Shown in pieces: positions 25,637 to 38,911 of a stretch of 64,000 nucleotides of DNA. The notes under the pieces are model-generated. The model made no database searches. It saw nothing but the letters and a program-made list of their open reading frames with translations, and was not told the origin of the DNA. Position 1 is the stretch's first letter, and every line of letters starts with the position of its first letter. The stretch spans positions 10,974,001-11,038,000 of the forward strand of contig OX597818.1 of NCBI GenBank assembly GCA_951406725.2, written 5' to 3'. Source of the DNA: Octopus vulgaris. Lineage: Eukaryota. The position numbers and the translations under genes were made by a program.

Positions 25637-26133
25637 CATCATCATCATCATCATCATCATTTAGCGTCCGTTTTCCATGCTAGCATGGGTTGGACGGTTC
25701 TGCTGGGGTCTGTGAAGCCAGAAGGCTTCATCAGGCCCAGTCAAATCTGGCAGTGTTTCTACGGCTGGATGCCCTTCCTAACGCCAACCACTCCGTGAGT
25801 GTAGTGGGTGCTTTTTACGTGCCACCCGCACTGGTGCCAGACAGAGCTGGCAAACGGCCACGAACGGATGGTGCTTTTTATGTGCCACCGGCACGAGGGC
25901 CAGGCGAGGCTGGCAACGGACACGAAACGGGGCGGTGCTGGCAACGGTCGCGAAACGGAAAGTTCTCTTACATGCCACCGGCACTGGTAACACATCTGCA
26001 ATTTCCATTGATCGATTTCCATTGATCGATTTCGATTCTGATCCTCACTTGCCTCAATGGGTCTTCACAAGCAGAGTTTCGACATGCCACCGGCACTGGT
26101 AGCACATCCGCAATTTCCATTGATCGATTTCGA
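25637..26133 (-). mobile_element. Young RTE LINE 3' UTR/tail with internal tandem subrepeats
   Basis: (CAT)n then ttagcgtccgttttccatgctagcatgggttggacgg; repeated tgccaccggcac units; CpG-rich. Confidence 0.8.
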
Positions 26134-26955
26134 TGTGCATATGGTAATAAAAACAGTCATAAACCAAATTATTATTAAAGAAGTTTTGTTTGCTATCATA
26201 AGTTTCTGGATTCAAATCCCATCATAGAACATATTGGTTAAATGACTTTTCTTATAAAAACAAAACGAAAAAAAAAAAACCCCCTCAGTTTTGTGAGTGG
26301 CATTTGGTAGAAGATTGTCATATGTGTAACTAGTAACCCATATTGGGCTTCATAGTCAAAACCAGAGCAAAAAGTGGGTTTTTTCCTTTTTTTAAAAACA
26401 TATGCAACATATTCACTCAGAGTAAGGCGAAACCAGAGTATAATTTCAAATTTTGGCACAAGGCCAGCAATTTCAGGGAGGGGTTAATTCAATTACATTG
26501 GCCTCAGTGCTCAAGTGATTGCTATTTTATCGACCATGAGTGGATGAAAAGCAAAGTCAGTCTCAGCAAAATTTGAACTCAGAATGTAAAGGTGGATAAA
26601 GATACTGCTAAGCATTTTACCCAGTGTGCTAATAATCCGGTCAGCTCGCCACCTTACAAACAAATGCAACATATCAAACAACATGCTTGAAATCTCTACA
26701 ACCATAACTCAGTGAGGCGAGCTCTGCATGGTTACATAATTTGTAAGAAATAGCAGGCAAAGCTCCCTTCCTGTCTTAGAAAAGGACAAACCCATTTTTT
26801 TTTGTTTTTGTTTTAGTGTTGAACCTTGAAGCTATTAGTTAATCATATGGCAGGTTTCTGCACAGTTTCTGCTTGCCAAATGCCACTCACAACATATTGG
26901 TTAACTCATGGTACCACACAGTGAGAATTATGTGGTTGTGAAGGGAGCTTCTTAT

Positions 26956-27171
26956 CCCTTTAGCATTTAAACTCGCCACATCTGGCCCAGATACTCTGTT
27001 TTATGTTCACACTGGCCTGATCTGGCATCTCATACCTACCCTACAATGTCATTCTAAAAATATACAATCACATCATTGAAATCTAAAAGCTACAAGATAA
27101 TGCATGATTAATTCAAAATAATGCGGATAAATAAACATTACATTTGACAGATAAAACTGAATGCTAAAGGG
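26956..27171 (-). mobile_element. TTAA MITE inserted in a SINE A head
   Basis: ccctttagcatttaaac..ctgaatgctaaaggg|ttaa; the flanks gagcttctta and atcacacag rejoin the SINE A motif cttcttaaccacacag. Confidence 0.8.
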
Positions 27172-27619
27172 TTAATCACACAGGTCATGACTCCACCTAT
27201 ATTTTCTTTGATATACTGTTTGATAGAACAGCAGCAGGTTAGTCTTGGTTAGGATATCCTTGGTTATAGGTCAGCTATTATCAAAGTTGACTGTGTTAAA
27301 TATCAACAATAACAATGGCAACACTACTGCAATAAAATTGGTGAAATAAAATAATGCAAAAATGAAAAAAAAAAAAAAGGATATTAATAGTTACAGAAGC
27401 AATTAGAAGAAAAAAATTAACAACAACTGAAATTAACAAGGATGACAAACCACAATAGTAAGAACAAGACCAACAATAATATGAACACGAAAGCCACGAA
27501 CACGACATGAACACAACGTGAAGAAACATAAGAATTTGTCCAGCTCTTGGAAGCCTTGTTTGACTGGAGATAATTGAGAAGGAAGGAAAGTCCAATTAAA
27601 AAAAGAAAAAAGTGGGACA

Positions 27620-27656
<37 letters not shown>

Positions 27657-28369
27657 GCCTGTAATTGCTGTTCATTCATGGTTATTTTAGGGCCAGAGGT
27701 TAATTTAAGCAACTCTGAATAATTGCTAACAGAAAAATGCTGGAATCAACATTAGCACTCTAAAAATCTGCTGTTTAAATTTGCAATACAAGTTTTCCCT
27801 CAGCTTCAAGTCTGAAGGAATTACCGAAGACATCTTCTTTCTCTCCTGTCTCCCCATCTCTCTCTCTCTCTCTCTCTTTCCTTTTCCTACCTCTCCTTCC
27901 CTCCCTCCTCCCTCTCTGTGTCACCCTGTCTGTCTTCCTCCTTCTCATTTACGTTCTTTTTTTCCTCTTCTTTGGTCTTAAAGAAAGAAACATTTGGAAA
28001 CTGTTTTGTTTTCCAGTAGAATCCATTAATTCATTAGTGGCTTGTTTTAATGGAATGGATTTTTCCGATTTAAAACTTTAATATCGTTTCTTGTTTGTAG
28101 CCACTATTGTTTGTTTTCTATTTGATTCAATTGTTGTCGCTGTTGTAATGAACTGATTTTTTTTTTCTTTTATATTGACTGATTTTTCTATGCTTCTTTA
28201 TTTTGGGGGAGATGGGAGCATATTCTTCAGATAGTTTTGTTGATGCTGAGCATTGAGCACAGATATTGAGCAGTATGAGGCTGAAAGAAGCTTCCTATCA
28301 ACCAAGTTCACAAACCAGCTTGAACTCTCAGTAGTAGTAGTAGTAGAAGTTACTGTTGCTGTTGTTTGG

Positions 28370-29030
28370 CCCTTGGTCAACCTTCATTGAGCAGATCATA
28401 GATCAAAAGTCATTTTGTATGTTAAGCACTACATAATACAGTGTTGTTTTCTTTCCCTTTTTCTTTTTTAAGATAGCAGGGTTTGTTGACTTGAGGATAA
28501 TGTAACAGCTATTTCTAGAAGGTTAACTAATTGCGTTCAAGCTTTCTCGTTGGCTTGATTCAGTTTTCTATTATTTAATCTCTTTCTCATCCATCCATCT
28601 TACCTTCTTCAGAGGATATATAAGCAAAAGCATTCCACCCATGATCATCCTGTCATTTTGCATATCAGAGACTAAATTTTCTAATGTGTCATTCTACTTA
28701 TTTTAAAGTTAGTATGGTGTGAATTGAAGATAATTTGGCTGTTATTGCTAGCAGTTGAAGTGGTTACATAGATATCTTTGTTGGCTCATTTTGGTTTTCT
28801 GTAACTTTATTTAGCCCTAGGTTTGCCCACATTGAGTAGACCCCTGTGATTAAAGGCATTTCAACTATGATTCTCTTACCCTTCCCTCTACCCTGTGTAT
28901 GTATTTAGGACTGCATCATCTAATATGTCCTTTGATATAAATTTTGAACAGTGAGTTGGAAATTGAGGGATATTTGGCTGTTATCGTTTAATTTCAGGTC
29001 AAGCAACAACATAGGACCTCCCTCCCTCAT
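28370..29030 (-). mobile_element. Three tandem copies of an old degenerate interspersed repeat (family E)
   Basis: Recurring aaagcattcca..atgaccatcc..tttggctgctatttctagca motifs, also seen near 6610-6780, 17880-18100, 24100-24365, 33085-33200, 42720-43000 and 56270-56470. Confidence 0.55.
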
Positions 29031-29493
29031 TGATTCAAATAATTCCTTCAGTTTCAGAGAGTTTCATTGAATTATAGTGCTCAACTTAGGAGTTGCTGAG
29101 AAAATTTATCTAGATCTGTAAAGATTAGTAAAAATGTCAAATGTTTTACAATATTGCATGACATAATGAATTCCTCTAACATCAATCTGATTTGACAGAG
29201 TAGAAACAGCATCTAAGGAAATTGGTGGTGGCTTGTGTGTGCAGTAATTAGTCTACGATAGAGAGTTTGAAGAGTTTGATATATTGAATTATTGTGAGCA
29301 GGGCTAATGAGAAGAGACTGCAAGTGGCTACATTGTACACAGACTTGGAAATTTCCTGAGATTTGAAAATTTTTGCATATACTGAAGATCTGTTCACAGA
29401 AAGGAAGGAAATCTGGAAAAAAAACTGTGTATTCCTTGATAATATTCCTGTCAGAATCTGTAACCATGACGAGGGAAGAATATAATGGGTTAA

Positions 29494-29953
29494 CCCTTTA
29501 GCATTCAGTTTACTCTGTCATATGTACATTACATATCCCATAGTCTGGCTGACTGTTGAGGCACCACTGCTGACTTTGCAACCAGATCACTTCTTCCATC
29601 TCTGTCTTCTGCCTCTCACACTGTGTCTCTCATCTTTAAGCCTGACCTCTCATGGATGTTGTTTTCCCACTTCTTTCTCTGTCCACCTCTGCATCTGCCA
29701 CCTTTCACTGTTCCCTGAAGGATTGTTTTGGCCATCCCTACAAGATGACAATCAGAGTTGTCATATGTACTACTTATTGATTCAGAGTGTTTTAAAGTAA
29801 TCATGCATTATTTTGTGGATTTGGGGTTTCACTGATGTTGTTTACTTTTAGAATGACATGGCAGGGTAGATGCAAGAGGCTGGATCTGGCTGGTTTAAAT
29901 ATAAAACAGGTAGAATATTTGGGCTGGGTATCACCAGTTTGAATTCTAAAGGG
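29494..29953 (+). mobile_element. TTAA MITE interrupted by an RTE fragment (minus strand, ~29535-29755)
   Basis: MITE ends ccctttagcattcag and ttctaaaggg; the insert encodes MAKTILQGTVKGGRCRGGQRKKWENNI, an RTE C-terminal motif. Confidence 0.75.
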
Positions 29954-30264
29954 TTAGACATTTGCTCTTCATATGAGAATAAGGGAGAAAGAGGACACCA
30001 CTTTTTCTCTCCGCCTCTGATGAAATAAAACACTAAATCCTTCACACTTTGCACTATAAACTCACTCTCTAGTTTTTTTTTTTTGTTCGTTGGAAACAAA
30101 AATGAAGTTTATGAAATGTTTATTATTTTATTCTCCTACTTGTGTCAGTCATCTGTTTGTGGCCATGCTGGAGCACCACTTTTCTTTACCATTTTTTTAG
30201 TTTTGTAATTTTCTTTAAACAAAAATTTGTTAAATAATTAATCTTTCTATAACTTTTATTCATA

Positions 30265-30294
30265 TCCTTATTTTCTTTTCTTTTGCAGGTAAGT
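30265..30294 (+). other. Candidate recursive splice site (3' acceptor directly followed by 5' donor)
   Basis: tccttattttcttttcttttgCAG|GTAAGT; no AG between 30201 and 30286. Confidence 0.45.
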
Positions 30295-30559
30295 TGTTGA
30301 CCTTGGTGAAATATAATAAAAATAATGACTGACTGGTGGATTATTTTCCTGGAGCTTTTGGCAGTTTATTGGGTTTGTTTGTTTGTTTTTTTCTTGAGGT
30401 ATTCTTTCAAAAACACAAACTAACACCGCAACATAAAAACACAGCTACCATGTTAACTGCCACCTACAGCGACAGCAGTAGCACTAGCAGCATCTGCAAC
30501 AAACAAAAATTACAGTCTGATGGAATATTGACTGACTTAATAGATACTGAGATATGTAT

Positions 30560-30926
30560 ACTTTTATCTTTTTATCTTTTACTTGTTTCAGTCATTTTGA
30601 CTGCGGCCATGCTGGGGCACCGCCTTTAGTACTTATTCTATCGGTCTCTTTTGCCGAACCGCCAAGTAACGGGGACATAAGCACACCAGCATCGGTTGTC
30701 AAGCAATGCTAGGGGGACAAACACAAACACACACACACACATACATATATATACATATATACGACAGGCTTCTTTCAGTTTCCGTCTACCAAATCCACTC
30801 ACAAGGCATTGGTCGGCCCGGGGCTATAGCAGAAGACACTTGCCCAAGGTGCCACGCAGTGGGACTGAACCCGGAACCATGTGGTTGGTTAGCAAGCTAC
30901 TTACCACACAGCCACTCCTGCGCCTA
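30560..30926 (-). mobile_element. Young SINE family A with internal deletion
   Basis: Near-identical reverse complement of 12461-12848, CpGs intact. Confidence 0.9.
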
Positions 30927-30928
30927 TA

Positions 30929-30964
30929 TGAATGAGAGTTGGTTTTCGGTAAACACCATTTCAT

Positions 30965-31001
<37 letters not shown>

Positions 31002-31068
31002 TCTTACTTCTAGAAATCCTTCAGTTTTTAATGAATTCTGTTTATCTTTTTTAATTCTTTCTAGTATA
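30929..31068 (+). repeat. Arm 1 of exact inverted duplication (partner 32807-32952)
   Basis: Base-for-base reverse complement of 32807-32952 except (AT)16 versus (AT)19. Confidence 0.95.
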
Positions 31069-31383
31069 TGTATACTTTTTTTTTTGTTTTGTAGTTTTTT
31101 ATTTTGTTTCCCCCCCCCCCAACTTTTCTAATTAACATTTTCGTTGTACAGTAGATCTAAAAACTAACTGACTGATAGCTAATTAAAAGTATTAACAAGG
31201 AGAACTTAAAAGAATCATATGATAGCTGTAATAACTGAAATAGGAAATTAACCATATGACAAGGCAACAGCATCGTAAAAGAAGTTCTGATTTCTACTCC
31301 TTTTCCATCTCATCTTACTCATCTTCACCACCATAACCATCACCATCCCCACCACCAGCTCCACAGTAGTAGTAGTAGTAGTA

Positions 31384-31432
<49 letters not shown>

Positions 31433-31859
31433 TGATAATAACAAATGATAACAACACTGTTAATTATAGTAAATGAAATAAAATAAATGTAATGTCTGTT
31501 TTTCCTATTCTCACTGTGCATTAGAAATCTTGTTTTACTGAAGGGTATAGAGATCTAGTAATCATTAGATGTTACAGAGCATAAGTAGGTAGAGGTGGTA
31601 GGTTTATTATGTGTGCGTGTTTGTGTGTATTCTATATCCTTTCTAGCATTAACTACAGTATATTAGAGAGAGAGAGATTTATTTTGGCATGACTCCATTA
31701 AGTTACAAGGTAAGGAGTAAAGTCGACTGAATTGGTCCTTGTGCATCACTGGTGTGTATTTTATCAGCCCCAAGGAAGGCAAAATTGTGAAGGCACTTCT
31801 ATGTAACTGTTGCTAGATTTGCTTGAAATAGCAACCAATTCTCACTCAGATCACTCCAT

Positions 31860-32095
31860 ACAATGTTCTCTGCACTTCAGGGCTGCTGGGTTCTTGTAGC
31901 ACTGCCGCTCAGCCACTCTCAACTCATGCAGCTCTTCTCTCTCAACATGCATGTTGTGCTCTTCCTATCTCCTAGGCTCTGCACTAACAACTGTGCAGGT
32001 CTTTCTCTCCAGAACATTGAACATCTGGAATTCCTTCTCTCCACATGTTTTCCAGCAGTCATAGACATCCAGCAGTTTAAGGAGTGAGGTGGCAT
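31860..32095 (+). pseudogene. CR1/Jockey-group LINE ORF2 C-terminal remnant
   Basis: FLSRTLNIWNSFSPHVF, frameshift, PAVIDIQQFKE resembles FF.RT..LWNSLP..VFP...L..FK. Confidence 0.6.
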
Positions 32096-32171
32096 TAATA
32101 CCATCCATGGTACTAATCTACTACTACTACTGCTATTGCTGCTGCTACTACTACTACTACTATTACTACTT

Positions 32172-32216
<45 letters not shown>

Positions 32217-32218
<2 letters not shown>

Positions 32219-32438
32219 CTTTCTACTCTAGGCACAAGGCCTGAAATTTTTTGAGGAGGGGTCCAGTCGATTAGATCGACCTCAGTTTGTAGCTGGTACT
32301 TAATTTATCAACCCTGAAAGAATGAAAGCAAAGTCGACCTCGGTGGAATTTGAACTCAGAATGTAAAGACAGATGAAATGCTACTAAGCATTTTGCCCAG
32401 CCTGCTAACGATTCTGCCAGCTTACCGCCTTAATAATG

Positions 32439-32473
<35 letters not shown>

Positions 32474-32690
32474 CTTTTCTACTGGAGGCACAAGGCTTGA
32501 AATTTTTGGAGAGTGGGATAGTCAATTGCATTAACCCCAGTGCTCAACTGGTACTTATTTTATTGACCTAAAAAGGATGAAAGGCAAAGTTGGCCCCAGC
32601 AGAATTTGAACTCAGAACGTAAAAATGGCCAAAACATGACTAAGCATTTTGCTCGGTATGATAATAATTCTGCCAGCACACCAACTTAAT
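32217..32690 (-). mobile_element. Two head-to-tail SINE family B copies with (AAT)n spacers
   Basis: Same block as 17365-17578, repeated twice. Confidence 0.85.
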
Positions 32691-32806
32691 AATAATTATT
32701 TTTTCTTTATTACCAATTATAAATTAAAAGATGCACACATCTATTACACAGATAATCCACCCCCACCACCAGACAAACCAACTGATAATCCAACTCAGTG
32801 ATAAAT

Positions 32807-32873
32807 TATACTAGAAAGAATTAAAAAAGATAAACAGAATTCATTAAAAACTGAAGGATTTCTAGAAGTAAGA

Positions 32874-32916
<43 letters not shown>

Positions 32917-32952
32917 ATGAAATGGTGTTTACCGAAAACCAACTCTCATTCA
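32807..32952 (-). repeat. Arm 2 of exact inverted duplication (partner 30929-31068)
   Basis: See arm 1. Confidence 0.95.
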
Positions 32953-33202
32953 GTGTAGCTTCTTGTAATCTGCTGTCTATATCAGGGCAGCTCTGCTACA
33001 GAAATACATTCAAAGGATACTGCCTAGAATTTCCAAAGAAAATTGTCCGTTACCATTACTATCTATAAATTGAAGACAAGCCAGTGAGGCAGGCCTCTGT
33101 GTGATTACTCAATTTGCTAGAAATAGTAGTCAAATCTCTCTCAAATCACGTCCTATCATCTTAAAAAGAGGGTTTGTTGGATATTATGGTCCTAGGTTCT
33201 CT

Positions 33203-33234
<32 letters not shown>

Positions 33235-34223
33235 TTAATGTTCATTTTCCATGCTGACATGGATTGGATGGCTTGACAGGAGGTGGCTGAGCAGAAAACT
33301 GCACCAGGCTTCACTGTTTCTTAGCATGGTTTTTAGTGCTGGATGACCTTCCTAAGAGTTGACTGAGTGATTTTTACATGGCACCAGCATCAGTGAGGCC
33401 TGTTTTGGCATAGTTTTACAGCTGGATGCCTTTCCAAGCACCAACCACTTTACAGTGTGGACTGGATGCTTTTTTATGTGGCACCAGCACTAGCAGGTCT
33501 CTATACATAGAACAAAAACAAAAAAAAAAAAATAGAAAGAAAGAAAAGACAGGCTGGTCATTGCTAGAATACCTTTGATCAAGGATCTATTTTGTGAGGG
33601 TTGACTTGCCTGAACAACTACAAAAAAAAAAAAAAAAGCAACCAAGACTTTTACTTTGTCACCTGCAATACTTTTATGCTTTAGTACATCACACTGCTCA
33701 CAAGCAACTCTGCTTATAAAATTGCATCAGAGCCACCTAGTCTCTTGCTACCACTCCATAATCAAGGTAGCTTAGCATGCATACCTGCATGCCAACACAT
33801 TAACAGTTTACATCAACTTATTACTTCACACTGCAAACATATCAGAACTCACACTCTCACCAAATCTTTCCTTTTTTTATGCTTGCAATTAGTTACACAT
33901 ACATCATCATCATCAAGCGTTTTCTTCTCACAGTGGGTTGAATTCCAGGGTTTGCTATCTCGTTCTTTCATGGGACCAACAAAAATAAGTTAAAATAATA
34001 GCATTAAGAAAAACAAAAGAAGCAAATCTGCCCTCCTATTAAACTAATGGAAACATCAACCACAGAAATAACACAGTATGTACAAACTGTATCATCATAT
34101 TAAACCTATTTAATACTTATTACAGCTTTGTCTGTGTGTGTACACAAGTGGGTGTATGTGTGTGTAACCTAAATGTAAAAATAATTTGAAATAGAAATAA
34201 GTTATTTTAATACATTAATATTA

Positions 34224-34271
<48 letters not shown>

Positions 34272-34318
34272 CTATAGTACATATGAATGTATCTATAGTA
34301 CATATGTATGTATATATA

Positions 34319-34368
<50 letters not shown>

Positions 34369-37300
34369 ATACAGTACATATGTATATATATATATATGTT
34401 ACATTTTATTAATACTAAATCTATTTCCTTTTTTCTCCGATTTTGTAGTTTCACCCTTTTTGTTATTACTGTTTTTTTTCTTTTTGCTTTAAATACATAT
34501 GTTCCCTTGTTATAAAATATTTATATTCCTTCAATTTTTTTTATTAGTTATTTATGTCTTTTAATTCAAGTGTCATCATCATCATTATCTTCATTATTGA
34601 CAAAGACATTGGTAAAATTAATGTTTTAAAATCTGATAAAAAAAATCACTTCAGGTTCTTTTTTTTCTTTTCTATGAAAATATACCATTTTCATATTTTT
34701 TGTTTTACCTTGTTTTTTTTTTCAACCTAAGCATAAAACTATTTTCCCATCATCGATGTTCTTAAAATAAATTACAAAATAAATATCTAAATAAATAAAT
34801 TCATAAATAAAACCAAAAGTACTAACAAAAATACAGAAAAGCAGTGTTTAATAGTCTTTTGACAGTCTAGCGATAGCATTTGTGTGTGTGACTGAGTTAT
34901 GGATATCTGTTTATATTATTTAAAAAACCTAAGCTAGATTTCTTTAAATTGCCTTATATCCATCCATTCATCTATCCTTCTGTCCATCCATCCATCCATC
35001 CACCCACCCACCCAACAACCCAACTATCCATTAGCTCTTCAAAGAACAGTAATTATTTGTATATTGAGTTCTAACGAACATTTAATTGTTCTGCAAAGTA
35101 CAATCTCATGGCTGTGTGATTAGAAGCTTGTTTCCCAACCACATGGTTTTGGGTTCAGTCTCACTGCTTTGCACCTTGGGCAAGTGTCTTTTACTATAGC
35201 CTTGGGTCGACCAAAACCTTGTGAGTGGAATTGGTAAATGGAAACTGAAAGAAGCCCCTAAGTTCTGAGGTTGATTTGTTCAACTAGAACCCTTCAAGAC
35301 AGTGAACCATAGATCTACTCAGTCATTTAGAGCTACATCTAGACATCACCATGATAATGACAACCACCACCACCATTAGCAACCATCATTACAAGCCATA
35401 ATGGAACCTTTGTGTGGTTACTCTTGATAACTAGGCTGGTTATGGCCAGAATAGTTTTGTTAACACCATCACCAATGGGCAATGAGCCATTGTACATGAA
35501 GTCTGAATAAAGGATGTGATGACCATGATTGGGATGTCTTTGATTCTAAGTCTGTATTCTCAGGGCTGCTCTAAAGCTAAATTAGCTTACCTTATACCAC
35601 TCATGGAGTGACGACTGTGCTCTGCTTAGTTAGAATCTGCCTTTTGGCAAGGCACAGCACCCATTCAGCCATTCTATGGGAGATATGGCCAAGTCATAGC
35701 GCTGCAGCATGGCAGATTGTGAAGAGGTAGCAGAAGAATTCAACTGACCCAATGGGCTTCTTGCAGTGATGCTGAATGGAGGAATCTTAGAAGATCAATG
35801 GTCAGGGTCATCAAACTCTATCAAGAGAGTAACTGCAATGCATCCATAATTGTGTAATCAACTAATGAGAGATTCACTATGACTCAAGCTTCCAATTCAA
35901 ATTCATTGCATGGGAATCTGTGAAAGCAGTAAAGAAATAAATAAATATTAAACATCACTACTACCAACACTAATGCTACAAACACCACCAATACAACCTC
36001 TAACATGACCAACATCGATAATCCCAACAATGCTACTCAATAAAACTAGTAACATTGCTGACCACCCCACAGTAACCACTGTGAACAACAACCATTACAT
36101 GCTAACAAGGAAGCCTCTGTATGGTTGTTTTACCTACTAGGAGTAGTTTCGTCGATGTATGCCCCTAAATAGATGAGATGGTCATGACTGGAATGCTTTT
36201 AATTATAGATTTTCTCAGTCACCACCACCACCACTACAACAACACCATCAAGGATATTACAAACAACACTATCGCCACCACCTCCACCACACCTTCCTAT
36301 TATACCTCCCCCACCATCATCTATTTGCAGATAATGTTCTTATCTGTCCTCCTCAAGCTTCTCTACCATTTAATTTGCTCCTATGTAATTGATAGTATCT
36401 TTACCTTATTCTTATCTATCATCTTAATTACATAATGTTGTTTCAGTGTATACCTAAAGAATTTTAGGTTCTCTTTGGTTTTGGTTTGTAGTTTTCATTC
36501 TCTTACCAATTCTACCATTGTATATATGTGTTAGTGTATGTTTGCATATGTATGTATTTCTAACTTCCCTTTACCATTTCATCCACTGCCACCATCTCTC
36601 TCTCTTTCTATCTCTTTTCTACAACTATGTGTATATATATGTGTGTTTCCTTACCATTTCATCTACTACCATTCTTTTTTCTCTCTCACCATTTCTACCA
36701 TTGTGTATGAGCATCTCTTTCTTTTAGCATTTTATCCAATACCACATCTCTCTTTTATAAATTCTACCAGTGGATGTGTCTCTCTCTTACTGTTTTGTCT
36801 ACCATCATACATCTCTCTCTCTCTCCTTTACATTTCCTCCACCACTACCCTCTCTCTCTTTCTCTCTCTCCGTATTTTGAGTAATTCTTCATTGCACTTA
36901 CAACAGCATGGTGGTTTTGAATGTGTGGCATATGAGTATCTATAGCAACACCTGGCACCAGTAAAACACCTGTTTCTATTAGATAATCCCTAAAAAAACC
37001 TTAAAAGTAAGAAAGGTAAGTTTGATTGAGTTCCAAAGGTTGGTTGCTACTGACATTGAAATAGATGAATTAGTGGTGTTAATGGGGTGGGCTTGCTGTG
37101 AGAATCAATGTGAAGGACAGTGAGATATCTTCCCTCGAAAAACAATTGTTCCTTCTTTTAATGGTTTCAGTCAATAGACCAGATAACATTTGGGTATCAC
37201 CTTCTAGTCTCTTATCTCATCCTCCACCTCCATTCCAATACTACTACTGAGTTGTATACACTGTATTGATTGATGTTTATGTTATCAACTATGAAAGGAT

Positions 37301-37539
37301 GAAAGGCAAAGTTGACCTGGATGGGATTTGAAACCAGAATATAAAGGGACTTAACCAAATACTACAAGGTATTTTGACCAACACCCTATTGATTCTGTTG
37401 TCTATTATGTTTGCTTTCTTTATTCATTTTGAATTAGTCAAAGGTAACACAGTTTGATTTGGCCTTTGTAATTTCTCACTCTGTCAGATTGGTGAGGTTG
37501 ATGCTCAGCCTGAAATATTTGTAGATTATAGTGTTTGTT

Positions 37540-37726
37540 CTTTTACTTGTTTCAGTCATTTGACTGCAGTCATGCTGGAGCACTGCTTTGAAGGGTTTTA
37601 GTCAAATGAATCAACTCCAAGACTTTTTTTTTTTAAGCTTAGTACTTATTCTCTTTTGCTGAACTGCTAAGCTATGGGAACATAAACATACAAGCATCAG
37701 TTCTCAAGCAATGGCTGGGGGACAAG

Positions 37727-37757
<31 letters not shown>

Positions 37758-37985
37758 ACACACACACACACACGCACGCACACACACACACACACACACA
37801 CGCATGCACACACACACACACACACATACACATATGACAGGCTTCTTTCAGTTTCCATCTACGAAGTCCACCCACTTGGCCCAAGGTTATAGCAGAAGAC
37901 ACTTACCCAAGGTGCTATACAGTGGGACTGAACTCGGAACTATATGGTTGGGAAGCAAACTTCTTACCACACAGCTGTGTCTAAA
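37540..37985 (-). mobile_element. SINE family A with expanded internal (CA)n
   Basis: Reverse-complement match to 12461-12848. Confidence 0.8.
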
Positions 37986-38237
37986 TGTGGACATGGTGTA
38001 GAAGTATAGATCATACATACATTTTTGGTCATCACTCTGTTGTGATACACTTGTGTTCTATGTATTATTGGGAATGTGCTGCAATTTTACAAAGCTATTC
38101 TAAATGCCAACATTTTCAGAAATATATCCTAACATTTTATGACTAGTTTTTAATGCATTGCACCAATTAATATGCATTCCTTTGTGGAATATTGCAATAT
38201 GTGTGCCCATTTCTGCTTTAAAACAATTTAAATACTA

Positions 38238-38430
38238 TATGATGCAAACTAGAAAATGTTATTTTTTGGAATGCAGTGTTGCCATTAGAACAGCAAAAAT
38301 AATGGGTAAACTACCCTTACAAGGCAGAAATGTTGTCAACAAACAGCCTTGTAAAGGTAATTTACCTATTATTTCTGTTGCACTAATAGCAATACTGTGT
38401 TTGGAAAAATATCTTCTTGTTTGTATTGTA
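38238..38430. repeat. Imperfect palindrome, ~85-bp arms, 20-nt loop
   Basis: ..aatgggtaaactacccttacaaggc [38326-38345] gccttgtaaaggtaatttacctatt..; the outer arms continue with mostly transition differences. Confidence 0.85.
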
Positions 38431-38911
38431 CAACACACATTTTGACACTTCTAATAAAACCAAATGTAAGTTTATTTATATTTATACACACGTAATTTAA
38501 ATACTAATTTTTATATAAAACTACTGTGCTCTCTAGTACTTTCAGTACCATATTCTGTGGATAGAAAAAGGCTGAAAATTGCTATAAGGTTTGCAGTTCT
38601 TGGGATGAAGATAGGTTTGGTTGCAGTAAAGTCTGGCAAGTGAATTCTAATAAGGGTTGTATATGAGATGTGCAGATGAGACAAATAAGCTTGTAAGCAG
38701 TTTTATATAAAAAATCTCATCAGGTGTCAGCATAAAATATCTTAGCAACGCAACGAAACCATGGGACCAAAACCATTATATTTTTTATTAATTCCTATTT
38801 GAAAACATTGGAAAATGCAGGAATACCAATGTCTCATGTATTTTCTTTTTTGTATACATGTAACTTTTGTATATTATGTAACAAAAAAAAACAATAGTAG
38901 TAGTAGTAGTA

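Noticed and set aside
32914-32945. ttgatga-aatggtgtttacc-gaaa as a hammerhead core in the inverted repeat arm
   Set aside because: No C3, stem II offset by 3 nt, and no stem I or stem III partner.
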